Below, one piece after another: positions 41,541 to 50,116 of a DNA stretch of 64,000 nt (position 1 is its first letter; every line of letters starts with the position of its first letter). The position numbers were made by a program, and so were the translations under genes. The notes under the pieces are model-generated. The model saw nothing but the letters and a program-made list of their open reading frames with translations. It was not told where the DNA came from and did no database searches. This stretch comes from Hyphomicrobiales bacterium (GTDB lineage Bacteria > Pseudomonadota > Alphaproteobacteria > Rhizobiales > Methylopilaceae), in assembly GCA_035547055.1 (NCBI GenBank), contig DASZVN010000057.1:25975-89974 (forward strand). Direction: 5' to 3'.

Positions 41541-42344
41541 ATGTCGTCGGCCGACACGCTCGAGGCTCCTCCGCCGGCCGCCGGCGGCCGCGAGGCCATC
41601 ATCCGCATCCGCGACCTTGCGGTCGGCTTCGGCGACCGGCTGGTGATCGACGGGCTCGACCTCGACGTCTGGCGGGGCGAGATCCTCGGCGTCGTCGGCG
41701 CGTCGGGCACCGGCAAGTCGGTCCTGCTCAGGACCATCATCGGGCTGCTGCAGCGGCGGCGCGGCACGATCGAGCTGTTCGGCACCGACCTCGACAAGGC
41801 CAATCCCGAGGAGTCCAAGGCGGTCGAGCGGCGCTGGGGCGTGCTGTTCCAGCAGGGCGCGCTGTTCTCCTCGCTGAGCGTGAGGGAGAATGTGCAGGTG
41901 CCGCTGCGCGAGCATGCCGAGCTGTCGCCCGACCTTCTGGAGGAGGTCGCGATGCTGAAGCTCGCGCTGGTCGGGCTGCCGCCCGAGAGCGCGAGCCGGA
42001 TGCCCTCGGAACTGTCGGGCGGCATGATCAAGCGCGCCGCGCTCGCCCGCGCGCTCGCGCTCGATCCCGAGATCGTCTTCCTCGACGAGCCCACCTCCGG
42101 CCTCGACCCGATCAGCGCGCAGGAGTTCGACCAGCTCATCCTGACGTTACGCGAAACTTTGGGGCTGACCGTTTTCATGGTAACGCACGATCTCGACAGC
42201 CTCGCTCACGCCTGCACCCGCATCGCCGCGCTCGGCCGCGGCAAGCTGCTGGCGGAGGGCACGCTGGAGGTCATGAAGGCCGCGACCGACCCGTGGCTGA
42301 AGGCCTATTTCCAGGGCCCGCGGGCCCGCGGCATCTTCACCTGA
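41541..42344 (+). CDS. MlaF-like ABC transporter ATP-binding protein
   Basis: GASGTGKSV, LSGGMIKRAALARAL, VFLDEPTSGLDP. Starts 2 nt after the permease stop. Confidence 0.9.
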   Translation: MSSADTLEAPPPAAGGREAIIRIRDLAVGFGDRLVIDGLDLDVWRGEILGVVGASGTGKSVLLRTIIGLLQRRRGTIELFGTDLDKANPEESKAVERRWGVLFQQGALFSSLSVRENVQVPLREHAELSPDLLEEVAMLKLALVGLPPESASRMPSELSGGMIKRAALARALALDPEIVFLDEPTSGLDPISAQEFDQLILTLRETLGLTVFMVTHDLDSLAHACTRIAALGRGKLLAEGTLEVMKAATDPWLKAYFQGPRARGIFT

Positions 42345-42372
42345 CGCAGCTGAGGCGAGCGGCGAGACGACG

Positions 42373-43989
42373 ATGGAAACCCGCGCGAACCATGTGGTGA
42401 TCGGCTTTCTGACGCTGGTGGTGGCGCTGGCGGCGTTCGGCTTCGTATGGTGGTTCGGCGCCCGCGCCACGCCGTCCGGGCAGAAGGTCTACAACGTCGC
42501 CTTCGACGGGTCGGTCTCGGGCCTCACCACGGGCTCGACGGTCAGCTTCAACGGCATCCGGGCCGGCCAGGTCTCGGCGCTCAAGATCGACCAGACCAGG
42601 CCGAACCGGATCATCGCCACCATCGCCGTCGACCAATCGACGCCGGTGCGGACCGACACCAAGGCGTCGCTCGCCTTCCAGGGCCTGACGGGCGTCGCCA
42701 CCATCGAGCTGTCGGGCGGCAGCGCCGACGCCAAGCCGCTGCCCGGCCCGCCCGACAATCCGCCGACGATCGTCGCCGAGCGCTCCGGCTTCCAGGACCT
42801 GATGAAGGGCGCCAGCGCCCTGATGGGCCGTGCCAACGACGTGCTGACCCGGCTCGACGATTTCGTGAAGACCAACCAGGAGCCGTTGAGCCAGTCGGTC
42901 GCGAACGTCCGGCGCTTCACGGGGGCGCTGGCCGACAACTCCGACAACGTCTCGCACTTCCTTGCCGCGACCGGCGACGCCGCGACTGCCGTCACCGGGC
43001 TGTCGCACCAGCTCCAGGCCGTGGTCGCCGCGGTCGATCCCAAGAAGGTCTCCTCGATCGTCGACAACACCAACCGCGTCACCGGATCGCTGGCCGAAGC
43101 GGCGCCCAAGGTCGGCCAGGCGGCGGACGATGCCGCGGCGCTTGCGAAGAACCTCCGCAGCGAAAGCGACCAGCTCGGCCAGACCCTCGCCAAGATCGAC
43201 GCCGTCGTCGGTGCGGTCGATCCCAAGAAGGTCGGCGAAACGGTCGACAATGTCGCCGCCTTCTCCGGCACGCTCGCCGCCAACCGCCAGAAGCTCGACG
43301 ACATCGTGCAGAACGCCGAGGACGTCTCGGGTAAGACCAGGAGCCTGATCGACGCGGTCGATCCCAAGAAGGTCGGCGCGATCGTCGACAACGCCACGAC
43401 TTTCTCGGCCTCGCTGGCCCGCACCGGCCCCAAGGTCGAGCAGCTCGCGGGTGACGCCAGCGCGCTGATGAAGGACCTGCACGACGCTTCCGGCCAGCTC
43501 ACGACGAGCCTCGGCAAGGTCGACACGCTCCTCGCCGCGGTCGACCCGAAGAAGATCGGCCAGACGGTCGACAACGTCACCGCCTTCTCCGACACGCTCG
43601 CCGGCAACCGCCAGTCGATCGATGACATCGTCAAGAACGCCAAGGATCTGTCGGCGCGGCTCGACAAGAGCTCGACCCGGCTCGATTCCATCCTGGTCAA
43701 GGCCGACAATCTGCTCGGGCAGGGAGGCAAGTCCGGCATGTTCGACGAGGTCACCGCCGCGGCCAAGTCGATCAAGGTGCTGGCCGATCATCTCGACCAG
43801 CGCACCGCCAAGATCTCGAACGACCTCTCCGGCTTCACCGGGCCCGGACTGCGCCAGCTCGAGGGCCTGATCGCAAGCGCCCGCGATGCCGTCGCGAGCA
43901 TCGACCGGGTGGCGCGCGACCTCGAGCGCGATCCGCGCCGGTTCCTGTTTGGCGGCAGCCAGGTTCGTGACTATTCTTCGGGTCGCTGA
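42373..43989 (+). CDS. MlaD/MCE family protein with long repeat-containing C-terminal extension (538 aa)
   Basis: N-terminal TM helix and one MCE domain (VSGLTTGSTVSFNGIRAGQVSAL...). About 330 aa of helical repeats follow, each starting AVDPKK. Confidence 0.85.
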   Translation: METRANHVVIGFLTLVVALAAFGFVWWFGARATPSGQKVYNVAFDGSVSGLTTGSTVSFNGIRAGQVSALKIDQTRPNRIIATIAVDQSTPVRTDTKASLAFQGLTGVATIELSGGSADAKPLPGPPDNPPTIVAERSGFQDLMKGASALMGRANDVLTRLDDFVKTNQEPLSQSVANVRRFTGALADNSDNVSHFLAATGDAATAVTGLSHQLQAVVAAVDPKKVSSIVDNTNRVTGSLAEAAPKVGQAADDAAALAKNLRSESDQLGQTLAKIDAVVGAVDPKKVGETVDNVAAFSGTLAANRQKLDDIVQNAEDVSGKTRSLIDAVDPKKVGAIVDNATTFSASLARTGPKVEQLAGDASALMKDLHDASGQLTTSLGKVDTLLAAVDPKKIGQTVDNVTAFSDTLAGNRQSIDDIVKNAKDLSARLDKSSTRLDSILVKADNLLGQGGKSGMFDEVTAAAKSIKVLADHLDQRTAKISNDLSGFTGPGLRQLEGLIASARDAVASIDRVARDLERDPRRFLFGGSQVRDYSSGR

Positions 43990-44069
43990 GTTGTTCCCCC
44001 CGTTGTCGGCGTTTGGCCCGCGCCATGGGTGCGCGGCCGCCCCCCTTTGTGCCCGTCGAGGAGCATGTC

Positions 44070-44684
44070 GTGCCTGATGCGCTGAGGAAGCCTGTCTTGC
44101 GCCTCGCCGTGGCGGCGGCGGTGGCCGCCATGGCCGCGGGCTGCGCCCTGCTGGTGCCCGCGCCGACGCCGGTGACCTACGACCTCATGGCGCCGACCAA
44201 TGTCGGGCCGCGCAGCGGGTCGGTCCGGGGCGTGCTGGTCGTGCCGGCGCCGACCGCGCTTCAGATCCTCGACAGCCAGCGCATCGTCGTCCGCTCGTCC
44301 GGCGGCCAGATCACCTATATCGCCAACTCGCAGTGGCCGGACCGGCTGACCAGTCTGGTGCAGTCGCGTATCATCGAGGCGTTCGAGAACGCCGGGCAGC
44401 AGCGTGCCGTCGGCCGGCCCAGCGACCGCCTGGAAGCCAACTACGACCTCGTCAGCGACATCCGTACCTTCGACGTCGTCGTCGGTGGGAACGGCGCGGC
44501 GGCCGAGGTCTCGATCGCGGCCAAGATCGTGAGCGACCCCGGCGGCCGGGTCGTCGCCGCCCGGGTGTTCTCGGCGACCGCGCCGGTCCGCTCGGTGGAC
44601 GGGCAGGGCGCCGCAGCGGGCCTGCAGCAGGCACTGCGCGCCGTCCTCGACGATATCGTGCGCTGGGCCGACCAGAAGATCTGA
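44070..44684 (+). CDS. ABC-type transport auxiliary lipoprotein (DUF330 / PqiC-like)
   Basis: Lipobox ...AAMAAGC. GTG 44070 lies 6 nt after GAGGAG; the ORF extends to 44013. Position downstream of an MCE gene is typical of DUF330. Confidence 0.7.
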   Translation: MPDALRKPVLRLAVAAAVAAMAAGCALLVPAPTPVTYDLMAPTNVGPRSGSVRGVLVVPAPTALQILDSQRIVVRSSGGQITYIANSQWPDRLTSLVQSRIIEAFENAGQQRAVGRPSDRLEANYDLVSDIRTFDVVVGGNGAAAEVSIAAKIVSDPGGRVVAARVFSATAPVRSVDGQGAAAGLQQALRAVLDDIVRWADQKI

Positions 44685-44688
44685 TCGG

Positions 44689-45759
44689 TCAGCCCAGCAG
44701 CGCCTTCGCGCCGCTCCAAAGACGCTCGACCACGTCTGCGGCCGGACCGCCCGCGGCGAGGCCGACGGACTGGCCCGCCCACATCTGCATGCGTTCGGGG
44801 TCGCCCGCTTTTTGCGCTGCGGCACGCATCGGCGCGCTCAACCCGCGCTGGACCGGGTAGGGCGCGGGCGCCGGGGCGTCGGGTGCGGCCGCAGCACGGG
44901 TGTAGGCGGTCGCGATGCTCCGCCCGGCGCGGCCGCTGAAGGCCCGCGTCACCATGGTGTCCTCGGGCGCCACCCGCGCGAGCGCCTCGGCCCAGGCGGA
45001 GCCGATCGCGGCCTCGTCGCAGCGCAGGAAGCCGCTGCCGATCTGCGCCGCGCTGGCGCCGAGCGTGAGCGCGGCGGCGACGCCCCGGGCGTCGGCGATG
45101 CCGCCGGTGGCGACTACCGGCACGCGGACGGCATCGACCACCGCCGGCAGCAGTGCGAACAGGCCGACCTGCCGCGGCTCGGCCTCCGCCGCGTCGAAGG
45201 CGCCGCGATGGCCGCCGGCCTCGGCGCCCTGCGCGACGATCACGTCAGCCCCGGCGTCGGCGGCGACACGGGCCTCGGCTACCGTCGAGACGGTCGCGAA
45301 CCAGATGATCCCACGCTCTTTCATGCGCCGCACGAAGTCAGGCGGATAAACGCCCATGATCGAGGAGAGGATAGGCGCTCCCGATTGCAGCAGCGCTTCG
45401 CACTGCGCGGCGAAGTCCGGCATCGTGACCTCGCCGGCTTCGGGCGGCACGGGCGGTCCCCAGCCGGCGAGAAAGGCTCGCACCCGCTCCTCGGCCGCAG
45501 CGTCCCGGGCCGGTGGCGGATCCGGAATCCAGAGGTTCATCTGGAAGGCGCCGTTGCTGCTGCGGCGGACCTCGTCGGCCCACGCGCGGATGGCGTCGGG
45601 CGCCATCAGCAGCGCGCCGCAGGCGCCGAGCCCGCCGCCATTGGCGACCGCGATCGACAGCGCCGGCGGGCAGGCGCCCGCCATCGGCGCCAGCAGGATC
45701 GGCACCCGGAGGCCGAAGCGCGCGGCGAAAGCCTCCGCACGGTCGATCGCGGCGCTCAT
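44689..45759 (-). CDS. nitronate monooxygenase (NMO / 2-nitropropane dioxygenase family, FMN-dependent)
   Basis: PILLAPMAGA, IVAQGAEAGGHRG, VVATGGIADARG. ATG 45759 is preceded by GAGGGA. Confidence 0.85.
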   Translation of the reverse strand: MSAAIDRAEAFAARFGLRVPILLAPMAGACPPALSIAVANGGGLGACGALLMAPDAIRAWADEVRRSSNGAFQMNLWIPDPPPARDAAAEERVRAFLAGWGPPVPPEAGEVTMPDFAAQCEALLQSGAPILSSIMGVYPPDFVRRMKERGIIWFATVSTVAEARVAADAGADVIVAQGAEAGGHRGAFDAAEAEPRQVGLFALLPAVVDAVRVPVVATGGIADARGVAAALTLGASAAQIGSGFLRCDEAAIGSAWAEALARVAPEDTMVTRAFSGRAGRSIATAYTRAAAAPDAPAPAPYPVQRGLSAPMRAAAQKAGDPERMQMWAGQSVGLAAGGPAADVVERLWSGAKALLG

Positions 45760-45770
45760 CGTTCCCTCGT

Positions 45771-46130
45771 TCAGCGGCGGCTGCGGAGATAGGCGGCAAG
45801 GACGACGGCCTGGTTGTGCGCTTCGTCGTGGGCGCCGTAGAGCAGCGTCACCCGCCCCTTCTCCAGGAGATCGTCGAGCGGGCTGAGCGCAGCGGCGTTG
45901 TCGTCGAGCTCGGCGCGGTAGCGGCGGACGAACTCGTCCCAGCGGGCCACGTCGTGGCCGAACCATTTGCGCAGCGCGGTCGAGGGCGCCACGTCCTTCA
46001 GCCACAGCGTCAGGTTCGCCGCGTCCTTGCGGATGCCGCGCGGCCATACCCGGTCGACCAGGACGCGCTGGCCGTCGTCCTCGGCGGGCGGCTCGTAGAC
46101 CCGCTTGAGCCGGATATCCTGCCGCGCCAT
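45771..46130 (-). CDS. DUF488 domain-containing protein
   Basis: RVLVDRVWPRGIRK...WLKDVAPS..LRKWFGHD is the characteristic DUF488 pattern. Confidence 0.75.
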   Translation of the reverse strand: MARQDIRLKRVYEPPAEDDGQRVLVDRVWPRGIRKDAANLTLWLKDVAPSTALRKWFGHDVARWDEFVRRYRAELDDNAAALSPLDDLLEKGRVTLLYGAHDEAHNQAVVLAAYLRSRR

Positions 46131-46142
46131 CGCTGGCCGGCC

Positions 46143-46658
46143 TCAGAACTCGCCCGGCTTCTTGTTCTCGTCGCCCGGCAGCACCAGCCGCGCCTTGGGA
46201 TCGCCGACCCACGGGGCCTCGTGGCGGAACCAGTGCTTGATCTGCAGCGACTTGAAGCGCCAGCGGCCACCCTCGCGCGCGCACACCGCCTCCCAATGGC
46301 CGAGGAGGAAGGTCTCGAAGCGGTTCTCCTGCTGGAGCAGCCGCGTCACCTGCCACATCGCCTGGGCGTGGATGGTATCCCCGACCCGCTCCAGCAGCAG
46401 GTTGTGGGGCTGGTGCTGGCGGCCCATGAAGCGATACGGCCGGCCGTACCAGAGATTGGTCACCATCTCGCGGATTTCTTCGCCGACATAGCGCTTCGGC
46501 GGAAAATGCTCGATCCAGCCGTCGCGGGTGAAGCAGCCGACATAGCCGTCGGCATCGCCGGTATCGAGCGCCCAGCAATAGCGCGAGACCAGCTCCTGGA
46601 TCAGGAGCCGCTCTTCGACGGTGATGTCGGAGGAGTCCAGTTCGGCGATATCCACCAT
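46143..46658 (-). CDS. NTF2-like / SnoaL-like domain protein
   Basis: ELVSRYCWALDTGDADGYVGCFTRDG... is the SnoaL_4/NTF2 fold signature. Start at ATG 46658. Confidence 0.6.
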   Translation of the reverse strand: MVDIAELDSSDITVEERLLIQELVSRYCWALDTGDADGYVGCFTRDGWIEHFPPKRYVGEEIREMVTNLWYGRPYRFMGRQHQPHNLLLERVGDTIHAQAMWQVTRLLQQENRFETFLLGHWEAVCAREGGRWRFKSLQIKHWFRHEAPWVGDPKARLVLPGDENKKPGEF

Positions 46659-46814
46659 GATGATCGAAGCCTCGCAGGCAGGGGTGGGGCGGTGATAGCA
46701 CCGCGATGCCACTCCGTCATCGCTGCTGCTCGCTGCGAGCCCCGCCATGCGGCGCTTCCGTCGGCGAAGCCCTGCCTGCTAGGGTTCGCCTCGAACCGAG
46801 GGACGCCGCCCGCC

Positions 46815-48044
46815 ATGCCCGCCGCCGCCAAATCGAGGCCGATTGCCGCGCCCGAGCCCGCCCTGACGCCGTCCGCCCTGCTCGAGCGCGCGATCGCGCT
46901 CCGCCCGTACCTGCGTGCCCATCAGGCCGAATGCGAGGCCCTCGGCCGCGTGCCCGACGCGGTCAATGCCAGGCTGATCGCCGAGGGTTTCTACCGCACC
47001 GTCCAGCCGCGCCGTTTCGGCGGCTACGAGTTCGACGTGCCGACCTTCTTCCGGGTGATGATGGAGATCGCCCGCGGCTGCGCCGAGACCGGGTGGGTAC
47101 TGGCACTCACCGCGGGCCATCCGCTCCTGGTCGCGAGCTTCCCCGAGGAGGGCCAGCGCGAGGTCTACGGCAAGGATGGCGAATTCCGCTGCCCGGCCTC
47201 GTTCAACCCGCCCGGCAAGGCGGTTCCGGTCGAGGGCGGCTACCGCATCACCGGCGGCTGGGCTTCCGCTTCGGGCATCGATCACGCGACCCATTATCTC
47301 GGTGGTTCGCTGGTCGTGGGCGAGGACGGCAAGCCCACCGACAAGGTGATCCAGATGATTCTCGACCGCGACCAGTTCGAGATCGTCGACGACTGGCGCG
47401 TGATGGGGATGCAGGGCACCGGCTCGAAGACCGTCGCGGCGAGGGACGTGTTCGTTCCGGCCCATCGCACCCTCGCGGCCGTCGCTGCCGGCCGCGGCTC
47501 GGAGCCGGTGCGGGGCCCGCGCTCCTACGACAACCCGATGTATGGCGGCCGAGTCGCGCCGTTCCTGATCGGCGAGGCCGCCTCCGTCGCCGTCGGCGCC
47601 GCGCGGGGCGCGCTCGACCTTTACGAGGAGGTCGTGACGACGAAGAAGACCTTCTTCCCGCCCTTCCACGAACGGGCGAAGGAAGCCGACATCCAGCACA
47701 CCTACGGCCGCGCGCTGGCGCTGGTCGCGACCGCCGAGGCCGCGCTGGTCGGCGCCGGCGAGGAATACATGGCGTTTGCCCGCGAGGCCGCCGAAGGCGG
47801 GCATTCCTTCGACGACGAGCGCGACCAGCGCATCACCCTGATCGAGCATAGCTGCACGCGGATGGCGTTCGAGGCGGTCGAGACTCTGTTCCGGACCGCC
47901 GGCACGTCGAGCACTGCCAAGGAGGGCCAGCCGCTCGGGCGCGTCTTCCGCAATCTCGCGGTGATCGGCACCCATCCGGCAATGCAGCTCGACCGCATGG
48001 CCATCGCGGCCGCCCGCACCAAGTTCGGCCTGCCGCCGAGATAG
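46815..48044 (+). CDS. acyl-CoA dehydrogenase-fold flavin-dependent monooxygenase (HpaH-C2/HsaA/DszC-like)
   Basis: ACAD-like N-terminal and middle domains (GGWASASGIDHA; MGMQGTGSK). No CoA-ester catalytic-base context is evident. 409 aa. Confidence 0.65.
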   Translation: MPAAAKSRPIAAPEPALTPSALLERAIALRPYLRAHQAECEALGRVPDAVNARLIAEGFYRTVQPRRFGGYEFDVPTFFRVMMEIARGCAETGWVLALTAGHPLLVASFPEEGQREVYGKDGEFRCPASFNPPGKAVPVEGGYRITGGWASASGIDHATHYLGGSLVVGEDGKPTDKVIQMILDRDQFEIVDDWRVMGMQGTGSKTVAARDVFVPAHRTLAAVAAGRGSEPVRGPRSYDNPMYGGRVAPFLIGEAASVAVGAARGALDLYEEVVTTKKTFFPPFHERAKEADIQHTYGRALALVATAEAALVGAGEEYMAFAREAAEGGHSFDDERDQRITLIEHSCTRMAFEAVETLFRTAGTSSTAKEGQPLGRVFRNLAVIGTHPAMQLDRMAIAAARTKFGLPPR

Positions 48045-48058
48045 GCGGAGCGTGCGGG

Positions 48059-49027
48059 CTATCGCTCGAAGCCGAGACTTGCGAGGACTGCCGGGTCGAG
48101 CGGACCGTTCGCGGCGAAGCGGGCCGCGTCTTCGATCTGGCCGACGTTGGAGACCCCGAGCAGGACCGTCGAGACCGCCGGGTTGCCGAGGGCGAAGCGG
48201 ATCGCCGCCTCGCCTGGATCGAGCCCCACGGCACGACACCGGTCGGCGAAGCGATGCGCCTTCGCCATGAGCTGCACGAAGTCGGGGTCGCTGTCGGCCC
48301 CGCTGGGCGGCCGTCCGTCCGGCGCCGCGAGAATGCCGCCCTCCAGGACGCGCAGGCCGACCGTGCCGAGGCCGGCGGCGGCCGCCCGGGCGCCGATCTG
48401 CCCATAGTCACGCAGGCCGGCGACCGACGGTTCCCAGGCGCTGGGGTTGAGCATGCTGTAGTTCACCGTGGCGACGTCGAAGGCGCCGCTGTCGACTACG
48501 GCCGCGACCGCGGCGGGGTCGCCGCCATAGGTCGAGCAGCCGAAGAAGCCTGCCAGGCCGCGCCGGCGAAGCGCCGCAAACGCCCCGGCCACCGGGCCGA
48601 GCACGTCGTCGACCGCCAGCAGGGCGCCGGAGCCGAACGGCGCCGTCGCCGCGCGGACGTGGCCAATGCGGTTGTGGAGCTGGATCACGTCGATCCGCGG
48701 CATGCCGAGGCGCTTCAGGCTCGCCTCGACCGAGCGGGTCACGGCTCCCCGGATGTCGGCGAGATCGGCGGCGAACAGCGCAACCTTGGTCGCGACCACC
48801 GGCTTCGCGCCGATGTCGCGGAGCGCCTCGCCAAGGTGCACTTCCGAAAGCCCGTCGCCATAGATCGGCGCGGTGTCGAAATAGTCGATGCCGAGCGCCA
48901 GCGCCCGCTCCACCGCCATGCGCCGCACGGCAGGCGCGGCATGGATCATCAGCCCTGCCGTGGTGCCGCAGCCGAAGCCGATTTCCGAGACGGCGAGGCC
49001 GGTGCGCCCGAGGATGCGGTGCTTCAC
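48059..49027 (-). CDS. aldo/keto reductase
   Basis: LGRTGLAVSEIGFGC, DYFDTAPIYGDG, IDVIQLHN. Confidence 0.85.
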   Translation of the reverse strand: MKHRILGRTGLAVSEIGFGCGTTAGLMIHAAPAVRRMAVERALALGIDYFDTAPIYGDGLSEVHLGEALRDIGAKPVVATKVALFAADLADIRGAVTRSVEASLKRLGMPRIDVIQLHNRIGHVRAATAPFGSGALLAVDDVLGPVAGAFAALRRRGLAGFFGCSTYGGDPAAVAAVVDSGAFDVATVNYSMLNPSAWEPSVAGLRDYGQIGARAAAAGLGTVGLRVLEGGILAAPDGRPPSGADSDPDFVQLMAKAHRFADRCRAVGLDPGEAAIRFALGNPAVSTVLLGVSNVGQIEDAARFAANGPLDPAVLASLGFER

Positions 49028-49043
49028 GGCGCGGGTGACGGGC

Positions 49044-49883
49044 TCAGGCGTGATGGAAGACCAGCGTCCTGATCTCGATGCTCTCGCGGGGAGGGGCGTC
49101 GGCCGGCGTCGTCGGGTCGGCGAAGGCCGTGTGCGGCGCGAAGCGGGCGCGGCCGTCCGCAGCCGAGTCGTAGCACTTCAGCAGCAGCGCCTCGTCGGTT
49201 CGCATGTCCGGGAAATAGACCCAGGCGTGCGAGGGCCGGTAGGTCACCGAATAGATCTCGCCGGTACGGTCGGGATAGACCAGCTCCTGCGCGACGAGAT
49301 CGTCCGGCGCGACCGAGCGGGCATCGCAGACCGCCAGCGGAGTGTCCCGCACCGGGCCGCGGATCGGCCGCCACAGGTTGACGATCTGCACCCGCCCGCG
49401 CAGCAGCGCCTCGGCCTCGTCGGGAAAGAAATCCCGCACCCGCTGCGGGCCGGACTTCACGGTCTGATCGACATGGACGCGCGTCGCCGGCTGACGGAGG
49501 CCATTGTCGCGATCCGCCGCGCCGGGCACCCGCCGCCGCACCGTGTGGTCGTAGATGAAGACGCGATCGGCGCCGGTCGCAGCGCGCAGGAATTCCGCGG
49601 CCTCGGGATAGTAGACCCGGCGGATCTCCTCGTCGTCGTAGAAATCCCGGACCGCGCTCGGCTGCCCGACCAGGGCGAAGCCCTCCTTGTCGAGTCCGAA
49701 GGCCGCCGCCTCGGGACGGCCGTCGTGGATCGCGACCCGCCGCCGGTCGTCGACGAGGTTGGAGCGCGGCTCGCCCGCGGGCGGCGGATCGTAGGTGTAG
49801 GTGCGCGGCGTTCCGGCCATCGGCGCCAGATAGGTCAGCTCGGCCTCGACAGCCGGCAAATCCTCGAGGCGGGCAGGGGCCAT
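49044..49883 (-). CDS. CmcJ/NvfI/AsaB-like oxidoreductase family protein
   Basis: The pattern YDDEEIRRVYYPE...DHTVRRR...RVHVDQT...QIVNLWRPI resembles the family as I recall it. Not verified by search. Confidence 0.5.
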   Translation of the reverse strand: MAPARLEDLPAVEAELTYLAPMAGTPRTYTYDPPPAGEPRSNLVDDRRRVAIHDGRPEAAAFGLDKEGFALVGQPSAVRDFYDDEEIRRVYYPEAAEFLRAATGADRVFIYDHTVRRRVPGAADRDNGLRQPATRVHVDQTVKSGPQRVRDFFPDEAEALLRGRVQIVNLWRPIRGPVRDTPLAVCDARSVAPDDLVAQELVYPDRTGEIYSVTYRPSHAWVYFPDMRTDEALLLKCYDSAADGRARFAPHTAFADPTTPADAPPRESIEIRTLVFHHA

Positions 49884-50116
49884 GGCGCTTCTCCTCGCGT
49901 GGCGTGGGCTGCCGGATGAGATTGGCGCGCGCCCTCCGTTCTGCAAGCGGAGCGGCAACGCGGAGGGCGTTCCGACGCGGTGCCGGGCCGAGAGCGATGA
50001 AAAGGAGAACGACGTCTACGCCATTAGCCGCACTAAAATTGCGGTATGGGCGAGGGCTACAATACAACTGGTGGAAAGCGGTCAGACAGCTTTCCAGTCG
50101 GTTGGCAAAGCAGCCT

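Noticed and set aside
49884-50116. Possible att-site remnant of tRNA-Ser, or a small gene at the distal edge of the low-GC islet
   Set aside because: Only a weak resemblance was found (gcggagggcg versus ggcggagagggtggg), plus a 9-bp inverted repeat (cgccctccg...cggagggcg). ORF 49882-50133 has no coding signature. The evidence is insufficient without a search.
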